A stretch of 64,000 bases of DNA from Treponemataceae bacterium. GTDB lineage: Bacteria > Spirochaetota > Spirochaetia > Treponematales > Rectinemataceae. Shown here piece after piece: positions 1-9,393 of the stretch (position 1 is its first letter; each line of letters starts with the position of its first letter). Where the stretch lies: contig CAXXVZ010000003.1 in the NCBI GenBank assembly GCA_963678065.2, forward strand, positions 1,088,001 through 1,152,000, read 5' to 3'. The notes under the pieces were generated by a model. The model made no database searches, had not been told where the DNA came from, and saw only the letters and a list, made by a program, of their open reading frames with translations. Both the position numbers and the translations under genes were made by a program.

Positions 1-161
1 TGAAGGATGGGGACATTCTCGACAGAAACGCCGCCGAGGAGCTCATCGGCATGGCGCTCGGACTGCCGGACCCACACTGTCCCCACGGCCGCCCGGTCTG
101 GACCCGTTTTTCCCGCGACCAACTCTACAGGCTCGTGGGAAGGATCGTGCAGGCCTCATGA
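1..161 (+). CDS. mutL: DNA mismatch repair endonuclease MutL, C-terminal end (5' partial)
   Basis: Frame from nt 3 reads KDGDILDRNAAEELIGMALGLPDPHCPHGRPVWTRFSRDQLYRLVGR...*; CPHGRP is the MutL C-terminal motif. Stop overlaps the next ATG (ATGA). Not in the ORF track. Confidence 0.85.
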   Translation, partial: KDGDILDRNAAEELIGMALGLPDPHCPHGRPVWTRFSRDQLYRLVGRIVQAS

Positions 162-817
162 AAATCCTCTGCGTATCCGACCAGATCGACCCCATCGTCT
201 ACTCGACCCGGATGCGCGAGCGCTTTTCCGACGTCGATTTCGTGCTTTCGGCCGGCGATCTGCCGATGGAGTACATCGGATTCATCGCTTCCATGCTCAA
301 TAAGCCCGTGCTCTACGTCGCGGGCAACCACGACAGGAAAAAGCGCTCCCCTGCAGACGGTCTGCCCGGTTTCGCGCCGATCGAACTCGCCCCGGGAGAC
401 TCGGGGGCCACCGACATCGGGTTCAAGGTGGCCAAGGAGAGCGGCCTCATCATCATGGGAGTGCCGGGCTCCATACTGTACAACGGGGGAGACAACCAGT
501 ACAGCGAAGGCGCGATGGCCTTCCACCTGGCCCTCCTCGTCCCGCGCCTTGCCTGGAACAGGATCGTCCACGGCAGGGCCGTGGACATCGTCCTCACTCA
601 TTCTCCCCCCAAGGGGATACACGATCGCGAGGATCACTGCCACCGGGGATTCGCCTCCCTGCTGTGGCTCATCAATTTCGCGAAGCCACGATGGTTCGTG
701 CACGGGCATGTACACCTCTACGACCTGAGCGATGTCCGCGTGAGCAGGCTCGGCCCGACGACCATCATCAATGCCTTCAGCTACTGGATCATCGATACCG
801 AAGGGGAAAACCAGTGA
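158..817 (+). CDS. Calcineurin-like metallophosphoesterase (Icc-related)
   Basis: Motifs VSD, AGDL, GNHD, THSPP, HGHVH. Confidence 0.85.
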   Translation: MKILCVSDQIDPIVYSTRMRERFSDVDFVLSAGDLPMEYIGFIASMLNKPVLYVAGNHDRKKRSPADGLPGFAPIELAPGDSGATDIGFKVAKESGLIIMGVPGSILYNGGDNQYSEGAMAFHLALLVPRLAWNRIVHGRAVDIVLTHSPPKGIHDREDHCHRGFASLLWLINFAKPRWFVHGHVHLYDLSDVRVSRLGPTTIINAFSYWIIDTEGENQ

Positions 818-1773
818 ATCAATGGTATGAAAGCCAGGCCGACGGTGACTTTCTCCGCGCCCGCACGCTCGAGCTGCTCGGAAGGATCTCCGACATCCTG
901 ACCCTCTCGAAGCACGAACTTCTTCCCCTCGAAGATGTTCTCTCCATCCTGAAACCGACGAACGAGACCTACCAGGGAATGCAGACTGTCCCCATCGACC
1001 TCATCGTAGGCAGCGAGGGACGGTACCGCGATTTCAACGGCCATTTTCTGCCGAGGCGCGAGCACCTGCGCGCGCGCTGGGTCAAAGTGAATATGGCCCA
1101 CTACGAAGACATCATCCTGCCTCCGGTCAAGCTCTACGAAATCGGCGGCGTCTACTTCGTGAGGGATGGGAACCACCGCGTCTCGGTGGCGAAACTCCGT
1201 GGACAGATGGCCATCGACGCAGAGGTGACGAGGCTGAGTTCCGAAATCGGGTTGAAACCCGGGATGAGCCTCGAGGAGATGCGGCAAGTCCTCCTCGCCT
1301 ATGAAAAAAGAATGTTCTACCTCAAGACCGAATACGATCTCATCACCGGAGAGCAGGATCTCGAATTCTCGACCCCCGGGCGTTTCGACACCATCTACGA
1401 ACACATCCTCGTCCACAAGTATTTCATCAACCAGAACCAGGCGGAGGAGCTCGACTTCGGGGCGGCTCTCCTCTCATGGCACCAGAACGTGTATAAGCCC
1501 ATCGTAGAGGCTATCCGGGAAAACGGACTCCTCGCCCGATTTCCGGGCAGGACAGCCTCCGATCTCTATGTGTTCATCTCGGCCCACTGGAACGAGTTGA
1601 AGGCGAAGTACGGCATCGGATTCGGAATCGACGAGGCAGCCCTGGATTTCAAGGAAAAGTTCGGTTCGGGCTACCGCGAGAGGATGGCCAAATCGCTCAG
1701 AAAACTCGGAGCCACGATCCGCAGTTTTTTAAGGCCACGTACCCTGAACGGGAACAGGAAGAAAAGAACCTGA
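814..1773 (+). CDS. ParB/Srx-fold domain protein with C-terminal helical domain (DUF4032-like)
   Basis: GTG at 814 overlaps the upstream TGA; VPIDLIVGS...LPPVKLY...YFVRDGNHRVSVA is a ParB/Srx-type core. Confidence 0.7.
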   Translation: MNQWYESQADGDFLRARTLELLGRISDILTLSKHELLPLEDVLSILKPTNETYQGMQTVPIDLIVGSEGRYRDFNGHFLPRREHLRARWVKVNMAHYEDIILPPVKLYEIGGVYFVRDGNHRVSVAKLRGQMAIDAEVTRLSSEIGLKPGMSLEEMRQVLLAYEKRMFYLKTEYDLITGEQDLEFSTPGRFDTIYEHILVHKYFINQNQAEELDFGAALLSWHQNVYKPIVEAIRENGLLARFPGRTASDLYVFISAHWNELKAKYGIGFGIDEAALDFKEKFGSGYRERMAKSLRKLGATIRSFLRPRTLNGNRKKRT

Positions 1774-1999
1774 TGTGAACGGGGCCCTGGAATTCTCTGG
1801 ATTCCGGTGGATGTTTTTTGGCGGTTTGTACACCGATTTGTGTAACCTTCCGGAAGCGGATGCATTATCATCAATGTACACGGCGACGGACGTGATACAC
1901 TCTCTGCTTTCCATTTCAGTGCGCTTCCGGGGCATCCTCCTTCCCCGGGAGCGTTTTTTTTATCCGAGAGTGCCGCCCTAGGGATCAGCGCAAAACGGA

Positions 2000-2029
2000 T
2001 TGACAATACCTTCCTTCCTTCAGTATCTT
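2000..2029 (+). promoter_or_regulatory. Sigma70-type promoter of the small Cys-rich ORF
   Basis: TTGACA (2000-2005), 18 nt, TATCTT (2024-2029). Confidence 0.6.
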
Positions 2030-2055
2030 TGCTCAGATAATTCAAGGAGTCATCC

Positions 2056-2226
2056 ATGGCAGCGGTATCGAAGAACTCCCGTACGACGAGCTCGACGCAA
2101 CGTTTCTATTGCCCTTGCGGTGGCGAGGTCAAGATGAAGACGCTTTTTGAGAACGGCAAGATCCGGAACATGGCCGAATGCGAGAAGTGCAAGCGGACTG
2201 AGCGCAGGCCGAGCGATTTCAACTGA
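2056..2226 (+). CDS. 56-aa putative zinc-ribbon small protein
   Basis: AAGGAG SD at 2044-2049; MAAVSKNSRTTSSTQRFYCPCGGEVKMKTLFENGKIRNMAECEKCKRTERRPSDFN with CxC and CxxC; has its own promoter and terminator; below the ORF-track size cutoff. Confidence 0.75.
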   Translation: MAAVSKNSRTTSSTQRFYCPCGGEVKMKTLFENGKIRNMAECEKCKRTERRPSDFN

Positions 2227-2245
2227 GATCGCTCCACTATGATTG

Positions 2246-2274
2246 AAACCGACCCGTTTTGGGTCGGTTTTTTT
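2246..2274 (+). terminator. Intrinsic terminator
   Basis: AAACCGACCC-gtttt-GGGTCGGTTT followed by a T-run. Confidence 0.8.
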
Positions 2275-2326
2275 ATCGACTCGACCGCAGCACGCGCTCT
2301 GCCCCGCCGCGGAATGCAAAACGCAC

Positions 2327-3079
2327 TCAGCCGCCCCGCATCTCGTCGAGCGAGCGGGCGATTATAGCCCGGCAGCGCTCGAGGGCATCCAGGGTCTCCC
2401 GCCTCCCCACCGGAGCGGGCAGGACGGCCTCGAAACGCACCCGGTACGGCACCGTGCCAAAGGACGAGAAAAAGGACTTGAGCGTCACGGACTGCCAGCC
2501 GCCGTCCACAGTCGCGACGACGATGGGGAGGCTTTCCACCTCGAGCACCTTTCTGACTCCGGCCGAATGAAACTCGCCGAGAGCACCTGTGCGCGAGCGG
2601 GTCCCTTCGGGAAACACCATCGGACAGGTGTTCTCTCGGGCACAGCGTTTGGCAAAAGCGGTCACGAGGCGCATCGACTCGATGGGGTCGCCCGTCCGTT
2701 TCACGAGACAATGCCCCTGGAGACGCAACAGCATGGAAATCAGGGGAACACCCCATCTGAGCTCCTGTTTGGCCAGAAAGCGGGCGCTTCTTCCCGGAGG
2801 CATGAGCTTCATCATTATGGGGATATCGAGCAGACTTTGGTGATTTGCGACAAGGAGGAAGCGTTCAGGAAGATCCACACTTATCCTGTTCTCGATGGCT
2901 AAGTTGAAATGCCGGTACGCGCTGAAGGTCGAAAAAATGACGCTGACAGCTTTTGCCGCGTAGGTTTCGCATACGGCATTCATCCCTCTCCTGTCCAGAA
3001 AGAGAATTCGGATCGAGAGGAGAATCTCGAACCACAGGAAGGCCGACAGGATCGCAACGACGATGATGAAGTTGAGCAT
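2327..3079 (-). CDS. plsC: 1-acyl-sn-glycerol-3-phosphate acyltransferase
   Basis: NHQSLLD and FPEGTRS motifs; start placed at the hydrophobic MLNFIIVV. Confidence 0.85.
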   Translation of the reverse strand: MLNFIIVVAILSAFLWFEILLSIRILFLDRRGMNAVCETYAAKAVSVIFSTFSAYRHFNLAIENRISVDLPERFLLVANHQSLLDIPIMMKLMPPGRSARFLAKQELRWGVPLISMLLRLQGHCLVKRTGDPIESMRLVTAFAKRCARENTCPMVFPEGTRSRTGALGEFHSAGVRKVLEVESLPIVVATVDGGWQSVTLKSFFSSFGTVPYRVRFEAVLPAPVGRRETLDALERCRAIIARSLDEMRGG

Positions 3080-3245
3080 CTGGTTACCGCTGCAGATGCT
3101 TATACTACGGAATGACTTCCCTGTGAAGTCGCTCTCCGGGAGTATTGACATGGGGAAGGTCGATCTGGTAATTTTTATGGCGATCGCCGAGTCAGGGTAT
3201 CGGCAGCTACAATACAGGGCTACGTTATAGTGGAGGGTAATTCCT

Positions 3246-3515
3246 TTGGATACCAAGTATACATCAGCAGAAAAACGCCAGAAGCAGAGCGAAAAGCGCC
3301 GGATCCGCAATAAGAGCGAAAAAAGCGCCATCCGCTCCACCGCAAAGAAGATCCTCGTTGCGGCGCAGGCCAGCGACAAGGCAGCGGCCGAAACGGCCCT
3401 TCTTCAAATGATCAGCAAGATCGACTCTGCAGCGCGCAAGGGCATCGTGAAGAAGAACGCCGCCGCCCGCAAAAAGTCCCGCATGCAGAAACTCGTCAAC
3501 GCTCTGGGCAAGTGA
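3246..3515 (+). CDS. rpsT: 30S ribosomal protein S20
   Basis: SAEKR..QSEKRRIRNKS.KS...KNAAARKKSR; TTG start after GGAGG; TTGACA at 3145. Confidence 0.95.
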   Translation: MDTKYTSAEKRQKQSEKRRIRNKSEKSAIRSTAKKILVAAQASDKAAAETALLQMISKIDSAARKGIVKKNAAARKKSRMQKLVNALGK

Positions 3516-3627
3516 TCTGCCCCCGTCGCCTGCCTTAATACGACAGCCCTTATAACCAATATCGTCTGTCACGATATCGCCGGTCGCTTGGTCGATCGGC
3601 GCAACTTTTTTACGGAGTCAGGGCACT

Positions 3628-3963
3628 ATGGCTGGAAAAATCACGAAAGCAGAACTGATCGAGGCGCTGCACGAGAGCAGTTCCCTCAATCGTAAAGAGA
3701 TCCATTCACTCATCGATTCCCTTTTCGAGGAAATCAAGAACGCCGTGCTCACCGGCAAAACCGTAGAGCTGCGCGGATTCGGCACCTTCGAGGTCAAGCT
3801 CCGCAAAGGGCGCAAGCGCGCGCGCAATCCGAAAACCGGCGAAATCGTTTCGGTCGAGGATCATGGCGTGGCGGCCTTCCGGCCCGGACGGGAGCTGAAA
3901 AAGGCATCCTGGGCGCTCAAGCCCGAAGACATAAACGGCAGCTCTCCTTCCGCTGCGGAGTGA
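3628..3963 (+). CDS. HU/IHF-family DNA-binding protein (Hbb-like)
   Basis: VELRGFGTFEV...ARNPKTGE...FRPG signature. Confidence 0.92.
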   Translation: MAGKITKAELIEALHESSSLNRKEIHSLIDSLFEEIKNAVLTGKTVELRGFGTFEVKLRKGRKRARNPKTGEIVSVEDHGVAAFRPGRELKKASWALKPEDINGSSPSAAE

Positions 3964-3976
3964 TGTGGGCGGCACG

Positions 3977-4008
3977 AATCTGGCCCGACAATGTCGGGTC
4001 GGATTTTT
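3977..4008 (+). terminator. Probable intrinsic terminator after the HU gene
   Basis: AATCTGGCCCGAC / GTCGGGTCGGATT stem followed by Ts. Confidence 0.55.
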
Positions 4009-4078
4009 GTGCTTTATTGACAACTCCGCGGTACTGTGGAACAATGAATCCAGCATCCGGATATAACCGGATGGGAGG

Positions 4079-4795
4079 ATGGTTGCTCCGGTGAATTCAG
4101 AAAGCAAAAAAAGAATATTGATCGCCGACGACGAGAGGATCAACCTCGAGTTTTTCGACGTGATGCTCGCCAATCTTGGATTTGAAGTAAAAACCGCCGA
4201 TAATGGAATCGATTGCCTCGAGATTCTCTCCAGATGGAGACCCGACCTCATCCTCGTAGACAACGTCATGCCCCGGCTTTCCGGCTGGGAAGTCACGAAG
4301 AGAGTCAGGACTGATCCGGAATATGCCGAAATCGCCGATGTTCCCATCATCATGTTTTCGGCCATGGACGACGTCAAGGACAAGGTCGAGGGGCTGGAAC
4401 TCGGGGCTGACGACTACATCACGAAACCCTTCCACTTCACCGAGGTGCTCGCGCGCATGCGAGCCCTTCTCAGGACGCGGGAACTCGTCGGCCAGATCGA
4501 GAGGCGGGAAGCGCGGATCCAGGTGGCCGAGGATATAGCCGGACACGTGATAGCCTTCGCTGACAGTCTTCGCACGCCTCTGGCGGCCCTGGCCGAGGAA
4601 GCGACCCTCATCCTCCCCGAATGCAGCACGGCGGCGGACTTCGTCCAAAAAGCCCTCAAGGAAGTGACCGCGGCCCTCTCCAGACTTGAAACCCTCGACG
4701 AGGCGGTCTCGATGCTGAGGCAGCAGGCGGAAGAGATCAAGCGGGAAGAGACATCCCTCCCTGCGCTCAAAAAAAAGATATCGACAGCGCCCTGA
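4079..4795 (+). CDS. Response regulator (REC domain plus helical C-terminus)
   Basis: ILIADD, DLILVDNVMP, GADDYITKPF. Confidence 0.88.
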   Translation: MVAPVNSESKKRILIADDERINLEFFDVMLANLGFEVKTADNGIDCLEILSRWRPDLILVDNVMPRLSGWEVTKRVRTDPEYAEIADVPIIMFSAMDDVKDKVEGLELGADDYITKPFHFTEVLARMRALLRTRELVGQIERREARIQVAEDIAGHVIAFADSLRTPLAALAEEATLILPECSTAADFVQKALKEVTAALSRLETLDEAVSMLRQQAEEIKREETSLPALKKKISTAP

Positions 4796-4814
4796 CGGGC
4801 TGTCGATTCACTCG

Positions 4815-5273
4815 ATGCGTTCCAAAGGTCCATCAGGCACTATCCGCGTGTTCGGCAAAAAAAGGAAAAAAATCCCCGCCGCGAGTCCGACCGTCTTCGG
4901 GCGGGAGATAGTCTTTGAGGGCGACCTCGTCTGCTCGAGTTCGCTGAACATCCGCGGCCGGTTTTCTGGTTCCATCAGTTCAACGGGAGACATAGTGACC
5001 GAAAAGGCTTCCGAACTCTCGCTGACGAGTCTGACCGCACGAGGGCTCGTCATCAAGGGCATGTTCGCTGCAGGAAGCGTCGACGCAGAGAGCGTCGAGC
5101 TCCAGGCTTCCGCCCGGGTCCAGGCGGACATGAAGGCCCGAAGCTTCTGCGCGGCCGGAGGGGCCAGGCTTTCCGGCCGCCTCGACATGGAGTCATCGCG
5201 GCGCGGACCAGGCTCCTCCGGGGGTTCTGCGGGAGCCGAGTCCGCACCCTCCCCGGCTCGAGATTCTCCGTGA
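4815..5273 (+). CDS. Bactofilin / polymer-forming cytoskeletal protein
   Basis: TVFGREIVFEGDL...LNIRGRFSGSI...GARLSG beta-solenoid pattern. Confidence 0.7.
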   Translation: MRSKGPSGTIRVFGKKRKKIPAASPTVFGREIVFEGDLVCSSSLNIRGRFSGSISSTGDIVTEKASELSLTSLTARGLVIKGMFAAGSVDAESVELQASARVQADMKARSFCAAGGARLSGRLDMESSRRGPGSSGGSAGAESAPSPARDSP

Positions 5274-5785
5274 GGGCTCAGGCGGAAGGAAGGCCGGAGC
5301 AATCCGAGCTTCGGGATCTCGCGGCGACACTCGTGGCCGTTCTGTCGGGAAAGGGATGCCGCTTCGCCTGCGCCGAATCCTGCACAGGAGGCCTTCTCGC
5401 GGCGGCGATCACGGCCATCCCGGGCGCTTCGGAGGTTTTCTGGGGTTCGATTGTCTCCTACACGGAGAAAGCCAAGGCGGATGTTCTCGGCGTCGACACC
5501 GACACGCTTGCCCGATACGGAGCGGTATCCTGCGAGACTGCGCTCGAAATGGCGCGGGGAGTCTCTGCCCTGAGTTCGGCCGACCTCGCTGTATCCATAA
5601 CCGGATACGCGGGTCCGGGCGGAGGAGAGATCGGCAAGCCGGTCGGTACGGTGTGGATCGGACTATGCCCGAAAAACCGCGACCCAGAGGCGCAGAGATT
5701 CCTTTTTCGGGGCAATCGCGCCGAGATCCGAACGGCGGCGGCTTGTTCGGCGATCTCCATGGTTCTGGATCGATTCTCCGATTGA
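5270..5785 (+). CDS. CinA C-terminal domain protein / NMN deamidase PncC
   Basis: AESCTGG, YGAVS, SITGYAGPGGG...KPVGTVWI. Confidence 0.9.
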   Translation: MRAQAEGRPEQSELRDLAATLVAVLSGKGCRFACAESCTGGLLAAAITAIPGASEVFWGSIVSYTEKAKADVLGVDTDTLARYGAVSCETALEMARGVSALSSADLAVSITGYAGPGGGEIGKPVGTVWIGLCPKNRDPEAQRFLFRGNRAEIRTAAACSAISMVLDRFSD

Positions 5786-5810
5786 CATACTGGCCCGGTG
5801 AGTCTATAGT
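5782..5810 (+). promoter_or_regulatory. Sigma70 promoter of rho (about 210-nt leader)
   Basis: TTGACA-17 nt-TATAGT. Confidence 0.7.
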
Positions 5811-6027
5811 TTATAGCAACGTATTGTCGTGCAATTAATCCCGCCAGGCACGGACTCCGGATGTGTGCCGGATATCCGTTCATGATTCTGAAATACCGCC
5901 TTCGCGGTACCCCTTTTTGCGGGCTCGAGCATCCAATATGAATCACCGACAGTCAATGAGCAGAAAAACCGGATCACAAGTCCGTGAAAGAATATGAGCA
6001 ACCCAGTTCAGCGTATGGAGTGAGCCC

Positions 6028-8415
6028 ATGGCAATGATTCGCAAGCGCAAAGCCGCGGCTTCGGCCGCAGGAGACGGACATTCCGAACAGGAATTGCCCC
6101 TTGTGGCTGAAAGCGCCCCGATCGAAACAGCAAAACCGGAAGAGCAGCAAAAGAACGAGCCAGCCGAAACCGCGACAAATCCGAACCAGAATATCGAACA
6201 GAAAAGCCTCACCGCACCGGAGACCGAAAAACCTGCCGAGAGTCGTCAGGAAGGTCTATCGAGCGAGAGCGAGGGTCGCAGTCCTGTCAGGATCCGTGTG
6301 AGACGCCGTGTCCCGCGCACGGTCCAAAGCGACGATTCAGCCGCCATACCGGCTTCGGCAGCGGCGGCAGTGCCCGAGCAGGCCTCCCTGCCCATTGTCC
6401 CAGGTTCCGCGGGCCTGGCGGCACCGAATCAGGGCAGTGTGAATGCTTCGGCCATCGCGGGACAATCGGGCGGCCCTGCGCCCGCTCTGTCGCCGTCAGC
6501 GGGACTTCCCTCGCAGGGAAGTCCGGAGCTTCAGGCGGCGGTCGTCCCAGCCCTCGCTCCCGCCATAAACCAGCCGCCGTCAGTCTCAGGCCAGACAGCG
6601 GGCCAGTCACCCTTCCCTGGCAGGCAGAACCAACAGGGTGGCAACCCCTTCTCGGGACCGGCGAGTCCCGGCCACAACGGTTCCTACAACCGGGGCGAGG
6701 AGAGGCAGCGTTCCGACGATCGCCCGAGAAACGATGACAGGGCCCGCGGCGACAACCGCCAGAGGAATGAGAACCGCTACAGGAACGAGGACAGGCCGGG
6801 GAACGAGGACCGCGATCAGGGTTTTGTGCGGAGGCAGGAGAATTATGCCCGCCAGGCCCAGGACAGGCAGATGCCCGACAGGAACGGTGCGACGAGGGAG
6901 CCTGGCCAGAACAGGGAATCCGGTCAAGACAGACAACCCTTTGGCCAGTCCGGCTTCTCCGGTCAGCCACGGGATTCCGGTATGGCCAGAGATTCGGGCC
7001 AGGACCGTTTCGGAAACCAGGAACGCCTCGCCGGCCAGGACCGCACCGCGCCTTTCCCCTCCGCCGACAGACAGCAGGATCAGTCGCCCGAGAAGCAGCA
7101 GCCCGAGGGCAAGGCCGAGTACACTGAGAACAGGGCCCGTATATCGATCAACGACCTTTCCGAGACCGGGCTCAAGGAACTGCGGGATCTCGGCGCCAAA
7201 TACGGAATAAACCACGACGAGATGATCTCCTACAAGAAACAGGAAATCATCTTCTACATCCTGAAGAGCCACACGGACCGCGGCGGCATCATCTACGCCT
7301 ACGGATCGCTGGAAATACTTCCCGACGGCTACGGATTCCTCCGCTCGCCCCAGAACTCCTACCTGCCTGGAACCGACGACATCTACATCTCCCCCTCCCA
7401 GATCCGCCTCTTCAATCTGAAAACCGGCGATACCGTCTATGGCCAGATCAGGAGCCCGAAGGAGGGCGAGCGCTTCTTCGCCATGCTCCGCGTCGAGCAG
7501 GTCAACTACGACGAGCCCGCTGTCGCGCAGAACCGCATCCCCTTCGAGAACCTCACGCCGCTCTACCCCAACCGCAAGCTCAACCTCGAGACGGTCACGG
7601 AAGAGACTTCGACCCGCGTCATCAACCTCTTCTGCCCCATCGGCAAGGGGCAGCGGGCCCTCATCGTGTCGCCGCCCAGGACGGGAAAAACCATCCTGAT
7701 GCAGAAGATCGCCAACGCGATCACGACGAACCACCCCGAGGTCATCCTCATCGTGCTCCTCATCGACGAGCGCCCCGAAGAAGTCACCGACATGGAGCGC
7801 ACCGTCAAGGCCGAGGTCATCTCCTCGACCTTCGACGAGCAGGCCACGCGCCACGTCCAGGTCGCCGAGATGGTCCTCGAGAAGGCCAAGCGCCTCGTGG
7901 AGCACGGCAAGGACGTCGTCATCCTCCTCGACTCGATCACCCGCCTCGCGCGCGCCTACAACCAGACCGTTCCCACCTCGGGCAAGATCCTCTCGGGCGG
8001 CGTCGACTCCAACGCGCTGCACAAGCCCAAGCGTTTCTTTGGCGCGGCGCGCAACATCGAGCAGGGCGGATCGCTCACCATCATCGCTACGGCCCTCGTC
8101 GATACCGGATCGAGGATGGACGAGGTCATCTTCGAGGAGTTCAAGGGCACCGGCAACATGGAGATCAACCTCGACAGGCGCCTCTCCGACCGCCGACTTT
8201 TCCCCGCCATCAACATCAAGAAGTCGGGCACACGCAAGGAGGAACTCCTCCTCACGGACGAGGAACTCCAGAAAATCTGGGTGCTGCGCAAGGTCATCAA
8301 CCCCATGGACGACGTGGAGATCATGGAGCTCCTTATTGACAGGATGATGAAAAGCAAGAATAATGACGCGTTCCTCAGGTCGATGAATACGCCCTACACG
8401 GGCGGCAACGATTGA
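6028..8415 (+). CDS. rho: Transcription termination factor Rho with ~370-aa low-complexity N-terminal extension
   Basis: [47 protein letters not shown]. Confidence 0.97.
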   Translation: MAMIRKRKAAASAAGDGHSEQELPLVAESAPIETAKPEEQQKNEPAETATNPNQNIEQKSLTAPETEKPAESRQEGLSSESEGRSPVRIRVRRRVPRTVQSDDSAAIPASAAAAVPEQASLPIVPGSAGLAAPNQGSVNASAIAGQSGGPAPALSPSAGLPSQGSPELQAAVVPALAPAINQPPSVSGQTAGQSPFPGRQNQQGGNPFSGPASPGHNGSYNRGEERQRSDDRPRNDDRARGDNRQRNENRYRNEDRPGNEDRDQGFVRRQENYARQAQDRQMPDRNGATREPGQNRESGQDRQPFGQSGFSGQPRDSGMARDSGQDRFGNQERLAGQDRTAPFPSADRQQDQSPEKQQPEGKAEYTENRARISINDLSETGLKELRDLGAKYGINHDEMISYKKQEIIFYILKSHTDRGGIIYAYGSLEILPDGYGFLRSPQNSYLPGTDDIYISPSQIRLFNLKTGDTVYGQIRSPKEGERFFAMLRVEQVNYDEPAVAQNRIPFENLTPLYPNRKLNLETVTEETSTRVINLFCPIGKGQRALIVSPPRTGKTILMQKIANAITTNHPEVILIVLLIDERPEEVTDMERTVKAEVISSTFDEQATRHVQVAEMVLEKAKRLVEHGKDVVILLDSITRLARAYNQTVPTSGKILSGGVDSNALHKPKRFFGAARNIEQGGSLTIIATALVDTGSRMDEVIFEEFKGTGNMEINLDRRLSDRRLFPAINIKKSGTRKEELLLTDEELQKIWVLRKVINPMDDVEIMELLIDRMMKSKNNDAFLRSMNTPYTGGND

Positions 8416-8489
8416 GGTAAATTATACTGACACCGTCCATGTGGCCGGTTTTCAGGCATGAACTTCAGGCGGATTTTCAAGGAGATGTT

Positions 8490-8708
8490 ATGAAGAGCGG
8501 TATCCATCCCAAGTATGAGCCCACCACCATCACCTGCGCCTGCGGAAATGTCATCGAGACCCGTTCGACGGTAAAGAACATCCAGGTCGAAATTTGTTCG
8601 GCCTGCCACCCTTTCTTTACCGGCAAGCAGAAGCTCGTCGATACCGCAGGTCGAATCGATCGTTTCAACAAAAAGTACGGAATCAAGCCGGCGGCAGAGC
8701 CGAAGTAA
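8490..8708 (+). CDS. rpmE: 50S ribosomal protein L31 (Zn-binding type A)
   Basis: MKSGIHPKY...CACG...[20 protein letters not shown]. Confidence 0.96.
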   Translation: MKSGIHPKYEPTTITCACGNVIETRSTVKNIQVEICSACHPFFTGKQKLVDTAGRIDRFNKKYGIKPAAEPK

Positions 8709-8734
8709 TTCTTCCTTCTGCGCCTTCCGTAATG

Positions 8735-8763
8735 AAAAACCGCCCATCCGGGGCGGTTTTTTT
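8735..8763. terminator. Bidirectional intrinsic terminator between rpmE and rdgB
   Basis: AAAAACCGCCC-atccg-GGGCGGTTTTTTT. Confidence 0.8.
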
Positions 8764-8781
8764 ATGTCCGGAGCCTGCGAT

Positions 8782-9384
8782 TCAGGGCGAGGCGGCGAGG
8801 TCGTCGAGGATGCGGGCCATGCGGGAAGATGCGCGGCCGCGGTGGGAGACGCGATTTTTTTCTGCCATGGTCAGCTCGGCGACAGTCTTGCCGAATTCGG
8901 GAAGGTAGACGACAGGATCGTAGCCGAAACCACCCTCGCCCCGCGGCGCGCGTAGAAGTTCACCCTCGCAGGTCTCCTGGACGGAAAAAAACCTCTCTCC
9001 GGAAAGCGCGAGCACGAGGCAACAGACGAAGGCGCAGGACCGGTCCTCCTCTCCTTCCATCTCCGCGAGGAGGATGGCATTCCGTTCCGGCGCCGTCAGC
9101 TTCGTCCTGCCGTCCGCCGAACCGTAGCGTGCGGAGTGGATGCCGGGCCTGCCGCCCAGTGCCTTGACGGCGAGACCCGAATCGTCCGCGAGGCTCGGTC
9201 GCCCCGTGAGCCGGTACAGGGCCATGGCTTTGAGGAGTGCGTTGGCGTGGAAGCTAAGTCCGTCTTCGACTACATCGAAATCGGAGAAGCCCGCCTGGGC
9301 GGGGGTTTTGAGGACATGTCCCGGAAAGAGGGGACCGAGTTCGAGGAGTTTGTGCGCGTTCGACGTGGCCACCAGTAGTTCCAT
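8782..9384 (-). CDS. rdgB: Non-canonical purine NTP pyrophosphatase (RdgB/HAM1)
   Basis: ATSNAHK, ADDSGL, GFGYDP, SHRGRA. Confidence 0.93.
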   Translation of the reverse strand: MELLVATSNAHKLLELGPLFPGHVLKTPAQAGFSDFDVVEDGLSFHANALLKAMALYRLTGRPSLADDSGLAVKALGGRPGIHSARYGSADGRTKLTAPERNAILLAEMEGEEDRSCAFVCCLVLALSGERFFSVQETCEGELLRAPRGEGGFGYDPVVYLPEFGKTVAELTMAEKNRVSHRGRASSRMARILDDLAASP

Positions 9385-9393
9385 GACGGCACT

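Noticed and set aside
3970..3984. CGGCACGAATCTGGC as a sigma54 promoter
   Set aside because: Imperfect match that overlaps a terminator-like hairpin; a TTGACA sigma70 candidate lies at 4017.
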